Assembly: GCA_964458425.1 (NCBI GenBank)
Contig: CAYWIW010000001.1
Span: forward strand, 94,275 to 158,274
DNA from: an uncultured Muribaculaceae bacterium
GTDB lineage: Bacteria > Bacteroidota > Bacteroidia > Bacteroidales > UBA932
DNA: 64,000 nt
Direction: 5' to 3'
Shown: positions 48,437 to 56,908 of the stretch, piece by piece
How the letters are laid out: the number at the start of each line of letters is the position of its first letter
How positions within the stretch are numbered: position 1 is the first letter of the stretch
Program-made: the position numbers and the translations under genes
The notes under the pieces: model-generated
Database searches by the model: none
The model's input: only the letters and a program-made list of their open reading frames with translations
Told to the model about the DNA's origin: nothing

Positions 48437-51166
48437 CTAAAAGTCGTAGCCGACGATGCTGTCCTTGTACTTGCTCCAATATTCATGAGCCTTGTAAGCA
48501 TCGACAGAGGACCTTGGAACATATATTCTCAAATCAACCAATGAATCAATACCTGACAAGTATGGCGGTACTGTGGCTTTGACATATAGTTTTGAGATTT
48601 TTTCGCACCTTAGGAATGCGGAAATAACTTTAATAGTACTTGGCAAAGTTACGGATTGGAGGTTAGTACAATTGAAAAAACAGTCCGTTGGTATTCTATC
48701 TACACCTTCTAAAACAACAACAGATAATAGTTTTTTACAGCCAGAGAATACATGCTCTCCATAACTGATAGCTGGCATCTCAAGGTGTACGATATTTGTG
48801 CCTCCAAATGCTCCGTCTCCTATTGAAATCACACTTTGAGGAATTGAGAATTTGTCAATAGCGGTACTAGTAAATGCACTAGATGCTATATTCTCCAAAC
48901 CCTCAGGCAATACTAAATCAACCAAAGATTTGCACTGTGAAAAAGCACCATGCCCTATAATTTTTACTCCTTGAGAAATAATTACTGATTTAAGTCTATC
49001 ACAATACCTAAATGCACCTCGCCCAATAAATTGCACATTACCTGGGATAGTAATTGCTTCTATTGTAGTAAAAGCAAAAACGTCAGAATTGATTTCTGAT
49101 AATCCGCCCGGAATATTAATAGTTGATATTTTGGAATCTTTAAAGGCCCCTTCCCCCAGTGATGACAAAGACTCGGGTAATACCACATTTGCAACTTTTA
49201 TCCTTGTAAATGCGTATCGTTCTATAGATTCCAAGCCTTCAGGCAATACTAAATCAACCAAAGATTCGCAGTAAGAAAAAGCATACTCTCCAATAGATTT
49301 AACCCCTTGGGGAATTATTATTGACTTGAGTGAGCTTGAACTAAAAGTATAAGGTTCGATTCTTGACAATTCGCTTGGAAGATTAATGGTTGATATTCCA
49401 GTATTATAAAAAGCTCTACCGCCTATTTTAGTAACCTTGTCTGGAATATTCACAGATTGCAAGTTTTTGCAATCGTTAAAAGCGAGTCCACCAATCTTCG
49501 TCACAGGGCCGTCGAACACTATTCTTCCAATGCCTTCCACGTATTCATTTGAGACAATGTTTGCCCCGAAAGTGTCATTATCGTACGGTTGCACAATGTT
49601 GCCGTCACTGGATGTGTAGTAGATTACATTATCGGGATGAGTGACAGACACATTGCAGGAAGCAGAGAAACCCGCCGAAATCGCTGTTATTATCGCTGTC
49701 CCGGTAGAAACGGCAGTCACTTTGCCGTTGTTGACTCTGGCCACGGACGCATCGGAGGATGACCAGGCCACGGTCTTGTCGGTCGCGTCAGCAGGACTTA
49801 CTGTGGCGGTCAGCTGGGCAGTCTCGCCCACAGCAAGAGAGAGGGCCGTCTTGTCAAGGCTGATTGAGGTCACAGGGACGCTCACAGTCACGACACACTC
49901 CGCGGTCTTCTCGCCGCACTTGGCGGTTATCGTGGCCTTGCCGGATTTCAACGCCGTCACCTTGCCGTTGTCAACCTTGGCCACGGACGCATCGGAGGAT
50001 GACCAGGCCACGGTCTTGTCGGTCGCGTCAGCAGGACTTACTGTGGCGGTCAGCTGGGCAGTCTCGCCCACAGCAAGAGAGAGGGCCGTCTTGTCAAGGC
50101 TGATTGAGGTCACAGGGACGCTCACAGTCACGACACACTCCGCGGTCTTCTCGCCGCACTTGGCGGTTATCGTGGCCTTGCCGGATTTCAACGCCGTCAC
50201 CTTGCCGTTGTCAACCTTGGCCACGGACGCATCGGAGGATGACCAGGCCACGGTCTTGTCGGTCGCGTCAGCAGGACTTACTGTGGCGGTCAGCTGGGCA
50301 GTCTCGCCCACAGCAAGAGAGAGGGCCGTCTTGTCAAGGCTGATTGAGGTCACAGGGACGCTCACAGTCACGACACACTCCGCGGTCTTCTCGCCGCACT
50401 TGGCGGTTATCGTGGCCTTGCCGGATTTCAACGCCGTCACCTTGCCGTTGTCAACCTTGGCCACGGACGCATCGGAGGATGACCAGGCCACGGTCTTGTC
50501 GGTCGCGTCAGCAGGACTTACTGTGGCGGTCAGCTGGGCAGTCTCGCCCACAGCAAGAGAGAGGGCCGTCTTGTCAAGGGTCACCGACTCAGTGTTGACA
50601 GTAACAGAGACATCGCATTCCGCGGTGCAGTTCCCGGACTTCGCCGTGATTGTGGCGGTACCGGATTTCCTGGCGGTCACCTTGCCGTCGGACACTGTCG
50701 CCACGGAGACATCCGACGAGTTCCACTCCACGGACTTATTGCTCGCGTTGTCCGGCTTCACTGTCGCCGTCAGAGTGGCCGTCTCGCCCACCTGAAGAGA
50801 CAGGGATGAATTGTCGAGGGTGACAGAGGTCACGGCGATTACCTTGGCGGAGACCCTTACGCCACAGGTGGAGGACTTGCCGCCGGCGCTGGCGGTGATG
50901 GTGGCGGTGCCTTCCTTCAAGGCGGTGACAACGCCGGAGGGGTTGACCCCGGCGACAGAGGCGTTGGAAGAGGCCCAGGTCACCCCGTCATACTCGGCGT
51001 CCTTCGGAAGCACCGTGGCGACGAGGCTGAACGTCTCGCCTTCCACCATTTCGATTGTCGCCGTGTTAAGCGACACGGAGGAAACCTCGACAAGGGTTTC
51101 CTTCTCTGCACATCCTGCAAATAAGATTGCAAGCATAGCGCTACATGTTAACTTGTGTAATTTCAT
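48437..51166 (-). CDS. Surface lipoprotein with six Big_2 (Ig-like) domains and a BspA-type LRR_5 C-terminus
   Basis: Lipobox LFAGC; repeats of V.SV.LD..L.L.VGET.L.ATV.P..A..K.V.WSSS; LRR repeats IPxxVxxIGxxAFxxC; C-terminal ATVPP, IYVP.SSVDAYK, WSKY. Confidence 0.93.
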   Translation of the reverse strand: MKLHKLTCSAMLAILFAGCAEKETLVEVSSVSLNTATIEMVEGETFSLVATVLPKDAEYDGVTWASSNASVAGVNPSGVVTALKEGTATITASAGGKSSTCGVRVSAKVIAVTSVTLDNSSLSLQVGETATLTATVKPDNASNKSVEWNSSDVSVATVSDGKVTARKSGTATITAKSGNCTAECDVSVTVNTESVTLDKTALSLAVGETAQLTATVSPADATDKTVAWSSSDASVAKVDNGKVTALKSGKATITAKCGEKTAECVVTVSVPVTSISLDKTALSLAVGETAQLTATVSPADATDKTVAWSSSDASVAKVDNGKVTALKSGKATITAKCGEKTAECVVTVSVPVTSISLDKTALSLAVGETAQLTATVSPADATDKTVAWSSSDASVAKVDNGKVTALKSGKATITAKCGEKTAECVVTVSVPVTSISLDKTALSLAVGETAQLTATVSPADATDKTVAWSSSDASVARVNNGKVTAVSTGTAIITAISAGFSASCNVSVTHPDNVIYYTSSDGNIVQPYDNDTFGANIVSNEYVEGIGRIVFDGPVTKIGGLAFNDCKNLQSVNIPDKVTKIGGRAFYNTGISTINLPSELSRIEPYTFSSSSLKSIIIPQGVKSIGEYAFSYCESLVDLVLPEGLESIERYAFTRIKVANVVLPESLSSLGEGAFKDSKISTINIPGGLSEINSDVFAFTTIEAITIPGNVQFIGRGAFRYCDRLKSVIISQGVKIIGHGAFSQCKSLVDLVLPEGLENIASSAFTSTAIDKFSIPQSVISIGDGAFGGTNIVHLEMPAISYGEHVFSGCKKLLSVVVLEGVDRIPTDCFFNCTNLQSVTLPSTIKVISAFLRCEKISKLYVKATVPPYLSGIDSLVDLRIYVPRSSVDAYKAHEYWSKYKDSIVGYDF
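49738..50579. repeat. Perfect 240-bp tandem repeat, about 3.5 copies
   Basis: The lines starting at 49741, 49981, 50221 and 50461 are identical, as are those at 49801, 50041 and 50281; 50521 differs only at 50580. Confidence 0.97.
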
Positions 51167-51178
51167 AAACTGGTGATA

Positions 51179-51526
51179 TTATATTATTATTTTGTATGGA
51201 ATTTCAACTGTAAACCCCTTAGATTCATTATCATAATTCGTAACAAGATATTCCCCCGACACGTCTTTTCTTTCGCTCAACTTGCCGATATCTTTATTTG
51301 GGTCATTGTCATCCGTTATTTGAGATAAAAGCGTTACTGTTGCATTAAAATAACCCTTCTTGCAATCTTCAAGACAATCGTCATTCACGGAATTTCCTGA
51401 TAGGTCTAAGCAAGATTCTAACGTAACGTCTTCTACTCTTTCAACAGAAGCTGTTTCAATTTTATGGCCAAGTAACTTGTTCTTAATACTTTCTTCCAAA
51501 TTGTTTCTTTTAACACTTTGTGGCAT
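51179..51526 (-). CDS. Hypothetical protein (acidic, AT-rich)
   Basis: 115-aa ORF with ATG, 12 nt upstream of the Big_2/LRR gene; no recognisable motif. Confidence 0.55.
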   Translation of the reverse strand: MPQSVKRNNLEESIKNKLLGHKIETASVERVEDVTLESCLDLSGNSVNDDCLEDCKKGYFNATVTLLSQITDDNDPNKDIGKLSERKDVSGEYLVTNYDNESKGFTVEIPYKIII

Positions 51527-51529
51527 AAT

Positions 51530-51830
51530 GCTGGCTTATTATTCGGCCCGGCCCCCGTAGCTGATTAAGTTTGTACAAAAAGAAAGTGTGGAGCCGATTC
51601 GTTTATCTAAAGAGAGGCTGTGGTAAAACCTTGGAATAAATAAACGGAAACAATCCCCACACCTGTATCGTTGAGTGTAGGGTACACGCAAGCAGATACA
51701 GATGAAAAGGTGTTGTCGGCGTCCCTATTCCATTGAAAATTACCACATTTTCTCTTTAAGGACAGTGCGAAAACACTTTCACCTAATATGTATGTTTCGG
51801 GTCACAAGACCTAAAACGATGCTAAGATAG
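51530..51830 (-). ncRNA. Candidate structured leader or small RNA
   Basis: Minus-strand TATCTTAG (51822-51829); long-range IR 51608-51626 / 51740-51758 enclosing nested stems CTGTATC/GATACAG and GTGTA/TACAC. Confidence 0.45.
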
Positions 51831-51971
51831 CAATATTTTCGGAGAAGACAACACCAGAGGGATTGTTTCGATGTAAAGTAATGATAATCAAAACAAGTAG
51901 GACGTAATTTGAAATATTGGCAGCGGCCTGGGCGAAGCTGATGGCAAAAACATCTGAATGTCTGCCTATTG

Positions 51972-52850
51972 TCAACAATGATTTCCCCACTTCAATGACC
52001 TGAAACTGTCCTGCAACTGCTCCATAATTTCATCAAATGATGGTGCTTCAGCATAGATGAAGCCAATTTGCATTTGGCGGTAAACGTCCTGTAATGCGGT
52101 CATTATATGTGCAGGAGGAACAGAATTTACGTTTGCGGCAAATGTGAGGCATAGTCAAGACCGCTCCAAGCGGTGAATTGACTACGGTGCGACACAATAT
52201 CCTCATACAGTATCTTGTTGTTCATTGCTTCGGAGGCAAACGGCTTATCCGTCATTTTGACAATGTCATACATATGGCAAGCTATACGTTCTATGCGTGT
52301 GCAACCATTAGGACGATTGAACTCTTTATGCAACAAAAACACTTTTTCCAGAAATGTTCGTCCCGGAGCAACTGTGGGAACAGCAAATGCAGATAAAGGA
52401 AATTCTTCATCAGGATACGCATCCTCTATCATCGAACGAATCTCTATCCTTTCAGACGGTTTCATAAGAGAACGACAACTTATTTAAAACTTAACTCGCT
52501 CCGGAATATATTGAATCTTATTTTGTAGGATTGAATCATACTCAATTAATACTGCAACAGGGTCGAGGTCACTTACCGAGGTTTCCGGGACAATTGCTTT
52601 ACAATGGTCAGATAAACCCAATTCATTTAATTTGTCGGCTATATCTACGGCAAAAACGGTGTCGATAGACTTCTTTGAATCTTTGCGTAATTTAGTTCGC
52701 CGACTTTTGGTATCAACAGTGGTGAATCCCAAATACTGGCGGTCTATTGCCAAATCAATATCTTCAGAAAACCGTTCTATCAATGACCAACCTTTGCTTT
52801 AACTCGTTCCGCCTTTGAATACAAAAGCAGTAGCGTATGTAGGATAGTAA
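51972..52850 (-). pseudogene. AbiEii/AbiGii nucleotidyltransferase toxin pseudogene
   Basis: AFVFKGGTS*SKGWSLIERFSEDIDL; PERVKF*ISCRSLM; RTFLEKVFLLH; HMYDI; frameshift near 52127, then VPP...YRQMQIGFIYAEAPSFDEIM. The 5' end is missing. Confidence 0.9.
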
Positions 52851-52977
52851 GTTTTTCTTCCATTGTAATTCTGTCCGAAATTCTTAAAGAAAATCAGACA
52901 ATTTATATAATAGAATCCCATATTAGGGATTATTGTTGTCCTTTGGGAATCTTGTAAACAATGGGATATTTGTGGTA

Positions 52978-53124
52978 TCAATATGGAGGCTCTTGGGAAT
53001 AATCCACTTCGCCGCCTTCGTTGAGCCTATCGGTCGGAACGGAGCCGAAAACATACAGCGAAACCACTTTATGCTTTTCACACAAAGCGATTATCTGAGC
53101 CATATTCCGTTCAATCAACTTCAT
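52978..53124 (-). pseudogene. Truncated minimal nucleotidyltransferase (MNT-type antitoxin) fragment
   Basis: MKLIERNMAQIIALCEKHKVVSLYVFGSVPTDRLN; has the GS motif but a degraded DxD and ends after about 48 aa. Confidence 0.75.
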
Positions 53125-53177
53125 AAGCACAAAGAAGTTAATTGCCGCCGAATAAGGCAAATCCGACAAATATGCCG

Positions 53178-53930
53178 TCAGAGATCGAGATCAAGCTCGA
53201 CAGGGCAGTGGTCGGAGCCGAGGATTCCGGTGTGGATCTCGGTGGAGCGGATCTTGTCCTTGAGGCTGTCGGAGACAAGGAAGTAGTCAAGACGCCAGCC
53301 GACGTTCTTCTCACGGGCGTGGAAACGGTACGACCACCAGGAGTACTTCACCTCGTCCGGGTGCTGGAAACGCCACGAGTCCGTGAAACCAGAATCCAGA
53401 AGCCCAGAGAACTTGCCCCGTTCCTCATCGGTGAATCCGGCGTTGCGGCGGTTCGTGTCAGGATTCTTGATGTCTATCTCGTTGTGCGCCACATTCAGAT
53501 CCCCGCAGACCACCACACCCTTGCGGGCGAAGAGTCCGGCAAGATACTCCCGGAAATCGTCCTCCCAACGCATCCTGTAGTCAAGCCTGCGCAGGCCGTC
53601 CTGTGAATTAGGCACATAGACACAGACAAGGTAGAACTCCGGCATCTCAAGCGTGATGACCCTACCTTCGTGGTCGTGCTCTTCAACCCCGATGCCGTAA
53701 GTCACCGACAGCGGCTGATGCCTCGAATATATCGCCGTTCCGGAGTATCCCTTCTTCTCCGCGGAGTTCCAGTAGGATGTGTAGCCCAGGAACTCCAGAT
53801 CCAGCTGCCCCGGCTGCATCTTGGTCTCCTGAATACAGAAAAAATCCGCGTCCAGAGTGTTGAACGCCTCATCGAAACCCTTTCCCGCACAAGCGCGCAG
53901 ACCGTTCACGTTCCAACTGATGAATCTCAT
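53178..53930 (-). CDS. xth: Exodeoxyribonuclease III
   Basis: ISWNVNGLRA, CIQETK, YVPNS, CGDLNVAH, YSWWSYR, GWRLDYF, SDHCPV. Start MRFISW (53930). Confidence 0.96.
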   Translation of the reverse strand: MRFISWNVNGLRACAGKGFDEAFNTLDADFFCIQETKMQPGQLDLEFLGYTSYWNSAEKKGYSGTAIYSRHQPLSVTYGIGVEEHDHEGRVITLEMPEFYLVCVYVPNSQDGLRRLDYRMRWEDDFREYLAGLFARKGVVVCGDLNVAHNEIDIKNPDTNRRNAGFTDEERGKFSGLLDSGFTDSWRFQHPDEVKYSWWSYRFHAREKNVGWRLDYFLVSDSLKDKIRSTEIHTGILGSDHCPVELDLDL

Positions 53931-54212
53931 ACCTTCAAATAATTCAAACCTCTGCAAAAATAGCACATTATCGTTGAATATCCCTATGCAACCATATTGA
54001 AGCTGACCAACGGTTGTCAGAATCAGCCGGACTCACATTCCATAATTGCCTCGGGACATCAGAAGCACCAATTGCCACGATGGTATCAGTCAACTCCCAC
54101 TAAAATCCCTATCCCTATTCAACCGCGACGAATCAGTTATTCAGCCCATTGCGGTTTTGGGTGCTTCGGTGTGCGGGGGGGTCTTGGCGCGCAAGGCTTC
54201 GTTGTGACGGGA

Positions 54213-56552
54213 CTACTTCCTTGGAGTGAGGGAGTACGGCTTATCCTCCGGCTTCAGGCCGCGTGACTTGTTCGGCCGGGAAGACATCACAAACTCGATA
54301 GTACCGCCTTGAAGAAGGTCATCGTGGGTTATGTAGAGGCGCTTGTACTCGACACCGTTCCGGAGAATCTTCTTCACGTAGCGGTTCGTGTCACTCACGC
54401 CTGAAGCCTTCACCTCAAGGGTCTTTCCGTCAGCCAATGCAATCTTGGCATAAGGAAGATACGGCGCTCCGAACACGTACTGGTCGCTTCCAGGACAGAC
54501 AGGATAGAACCCAAGGACTCCGAATATGTACCAGGCGGACATCTGCCCGCAATCGTCATTACCGCCAAGCCCGTGAATGTCAGGTCGGTACATCCTGTTG
54601 ATTATCTCCCTTATCCAATACTGTGTCTTCCAAGGCTGGCTTGTCCAGGCATAAAGATAAGGAATATGGTGGCTCGGCTCGTTGCCGTGGACATAGCCTC
54701 CGATCAGGCAGTCCTTGGTGACATCCTCGTTGGTGGCGTAGGCATATTCAGGAAGATCATGGTAGAACAGTTCGTCCAGCGCTGTGACAAACCTCTTCTC
54801 TCCGCCCATCAGCTCCATAACCCCGAACACATCCTGAGGCGCGTGGAACGAGAAGTTCAGCGAGTTCCCCTCGATGAAACCCTCGCCCATCGTCTGCATT
54901 ATGTCGAAGTCCTTCTTGAAAGAGCCATCGGAATACTTCGGCCGGGCGAAACCCAACTCAGTGTCAAACACGTTCCTATAGTAGCGCGCGCGTGGAAGGT
55001 ATTCGTCGGCGACCTTGCCGTTCCCGACAAGGCGGGCGGTGTTCCAGACAGTCCAGTCGTCGTAGGAATATTCCAGTGTGTTGCTCGCCGCCGTGGAGAT
55101 TCGGTCGTATGGCACATAGCCGAGCTTCATATAATCGCCGAGACCGGCGTACCACTCCGCCTTTGAGGTGGTCACCATAGCCTCAAGCGCCCTGTCACGG
55201 TCAACGTCAAGCCCCTTTGCGATAGCGTCCGCCAGCACAGGGACAGCGTGATAACCGCTCATACACCAGTTCTCGTTGGCGCAGTGACTCCAGACAGGAA
55301 GCATCTTCAGGACATTCTGGTCATAGTGCGCAAGCATCGACTCGATCATATCCCGGTCACGATCCGGCTTGAACAGGGCCAGGAACGGATGCTCGGCGCG
55401 GTAAGTGTCCCAGAGAGAGAACACCGTGTAGTTCGTGAAGCCGTCGGCCTGGTGTATCTCGTGGTCAAGCCCCCTGTACTTTCCATCCACATCCATATAG
55501 ACTGACGGATTGATCATCGTATGGTAGAGGGATGTATAGAACATCTTCTTCTCGTCTTCGGTCCCCTGTACATCTATCTGCGAGAGTTCCTTTTCCCAAG
55601 CCGAGGAGGCTTCAGCCGCGATGGTCCCGAAAGACTTTCCCGACGCTTCCGCCGCAAGGTTCTTCAGCGCGCCCTCCGCGCCTGTGGCGGAAAGTGCCAC
55701 CTTAACCGTCAGCACAGGGTTTCTGGAGGTGGCGAACTTGAACCAGGCTACCAGCTTGCGTCCCGCCATAGCAGGGAAATCACGGTACTGGGCGAACTTG
55801 CTCCAGCCACCCTTGTAGTTGATTCGGGCACGGTCGGTGTAGCCATATTCAGTGACAGGCTGCGAGAATGAAATCGCGAAATATGTGTAGTTGGCGCGCG
55901 CCCAGCCATTTGTGATCCGGTAGCCGGTCAGCAGGGTGTCGTTCCGGACCTGCACCTCAGCCCAGAGGGTCTTGCCGTCGTAGTTGTAGATTCCGTGTAT
56001 CAAGTCCAGAATCACCTGGCCGTCAGTGCCCTGCGGGAATGAATATTCGTGTACTCCCACTCTGGTGGTAGCTGTCAGACGGGCTTTCACGCCGTAGTCG
56101 TCGAGCATCACCTCGTAGTAACCGGGCGAGGCCTTCTCGGTGTCGTGGGAAAAGCGGCTGCGATAGCCGCTGTCCGGGTTGTCGCCGGTTCCGGGATTCA
56201 GTCTGAGCGTCCCCGTGGTCGGCATCAGCAGGATGTCCCCGAGATCAGAGTGGCCGGTACCGCTGAAATGGGTGTGGCTGAAGCCCACAATGGTCGGATC
56301 CGAGTAACGGTAGCCGGCACAATACTCATAGACATGCGGCTGGTACTTACCGTCCACGTTGTGAGGAATCGTGTCCGTGTCCGGACTGAGCTGAACCCCG
56401 CCAAACGGCACGCACGCCCCGGGAAATGTGTGCCCCATTCCGTCGGTGCCGATGAAAGGATCGACATAACCTGCCTTGGATGCAGGCTGCTGCGCGGATG
56501 TCACCGCACAGAGAAGCAGGAACAATCCTGCACATAACCATTTCATATTCAT
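54213..56552 (-). CDS. GH92 alpha-mannosidase, secreted
   Basis: VDPFIGT, GHTFPGACVPFG.VQLSPDT, FSHTHFSGTG, FSLWDTYRA, HGNEPSHH, GNDDCGQMSAW. Confidence 0.95.
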   Translation of the reverse strand: MNMKWLCAGLFLLLCAVTSAQQPASKAGYVDPFIGTDGMGHTFPGACVPFGGVQLSPDTDTIPHNVDGKYQPHVYEYCAGYRYSDPTIVGFSHTHFSGTGHSDLGDILLMPTTGTLRLNPGTGDNPDSGYRSRFSHDTEKASPGYYEVMLDDYGVKARLTATTRVGVHEYSFPQGTDGQVILDLIHGIYNYDGKTLWAEVQVRNDTLLTGYRITNGWARANYTYFAISFSQPVTEYGYTDRARINYKGGWSKFAQYRDFPAMAGRKLVAWFKFATSRNPVLTVKVALSATGAEGALKNLAAEASGKSFGTIAAEASSAWEKELSQIDVQGTEDEKKMFYTSLYHTMINPSVYMDVDGKYRGLDHEIHQADGFTNYTVFSLWDTYRAEHPFLALFKPDRDRDMIESMLAHYDQNVLKMLPVWSHCANENWCMSGYHAVPVLADAIAKGLDVDRDRALEAMVTTSKAEWYAGLGDYMKLGYVPYDRISTAASNTLEYSYDDWTVWNTARLVGNGKVADEYLPRARYYRNVFDTELGFARPKYSDGSFKKDFDIMQTMGEGFIEGNSLNFSFHAPQDVFGVMELMGGEKRFVTALDELFYHDLPEYAYATNEDVTKDCLIGGYVHGNEPSHHIPYLYAWTSQPWKTQYWIREIINRMYRPDIHGLGGNDDCGQMSAWYIFGVLGFYPVCPGSDQYVFGAPYLPYAKIALADGKTLEVKASGVSDTNRYVKKILRNGVEYKRLYITHDDLLQGGTIEFVMSSRPNKSRGLKPEDKPYSLTPRK

Positions 56553-56908
56553 AGGCCAAATATACAAAAACTATTGTTTTTTAAATACATTTTTGTAAAT
56601 TGCCGACTAAATCGGTTTTGGTTGAATAGTATTGATGCGTTGAACCACGCATTGGATTTTGTAACTAATTGACACATTTTAAACAAGTTCTTTGATAACC
56701 ACAATTTGAAACGAGTTCGTAGTCTTGCGTTCTGATCCGCAGGATATGAACAAAGGCAAGCAAGCATTCACCCAAGTCCTGAGTCCGGCTCCGCGGCGGA
56801 TTATCCGAGAGCCCCTCGACTTGCGTATTTCTTTTTGGGGAAATCGCTGACGCGTCCATCCCTCTTTCTATTACTACTGATTCACATTAAACTTCAAATT
56901 CAGTATTT

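Noticed and set aside
49738-50579. Repeat array considered as CRISPR or a DGR template
   Set aside because: The units are 240-bp in-frame coding repeats with no spacers, no adenine-specific variation and no cas or reverse transcriptase gene nearby.
49641-50795. 384-aa plus-strand ORF and three identical 79-84 aa ORFs
   Set aside because: Antisense or alternative-frame shadows of the Big_2 tandem repeat.
51972-52850. Stop-codon recoding as an explanation for in-frame TAA codons in the island
   Set aside because: TAA terminates most core genes here, no suppressor tRNA is present, and the same gene also has a frameshift and a 5' deletion, so pseudogenisation is simpler.
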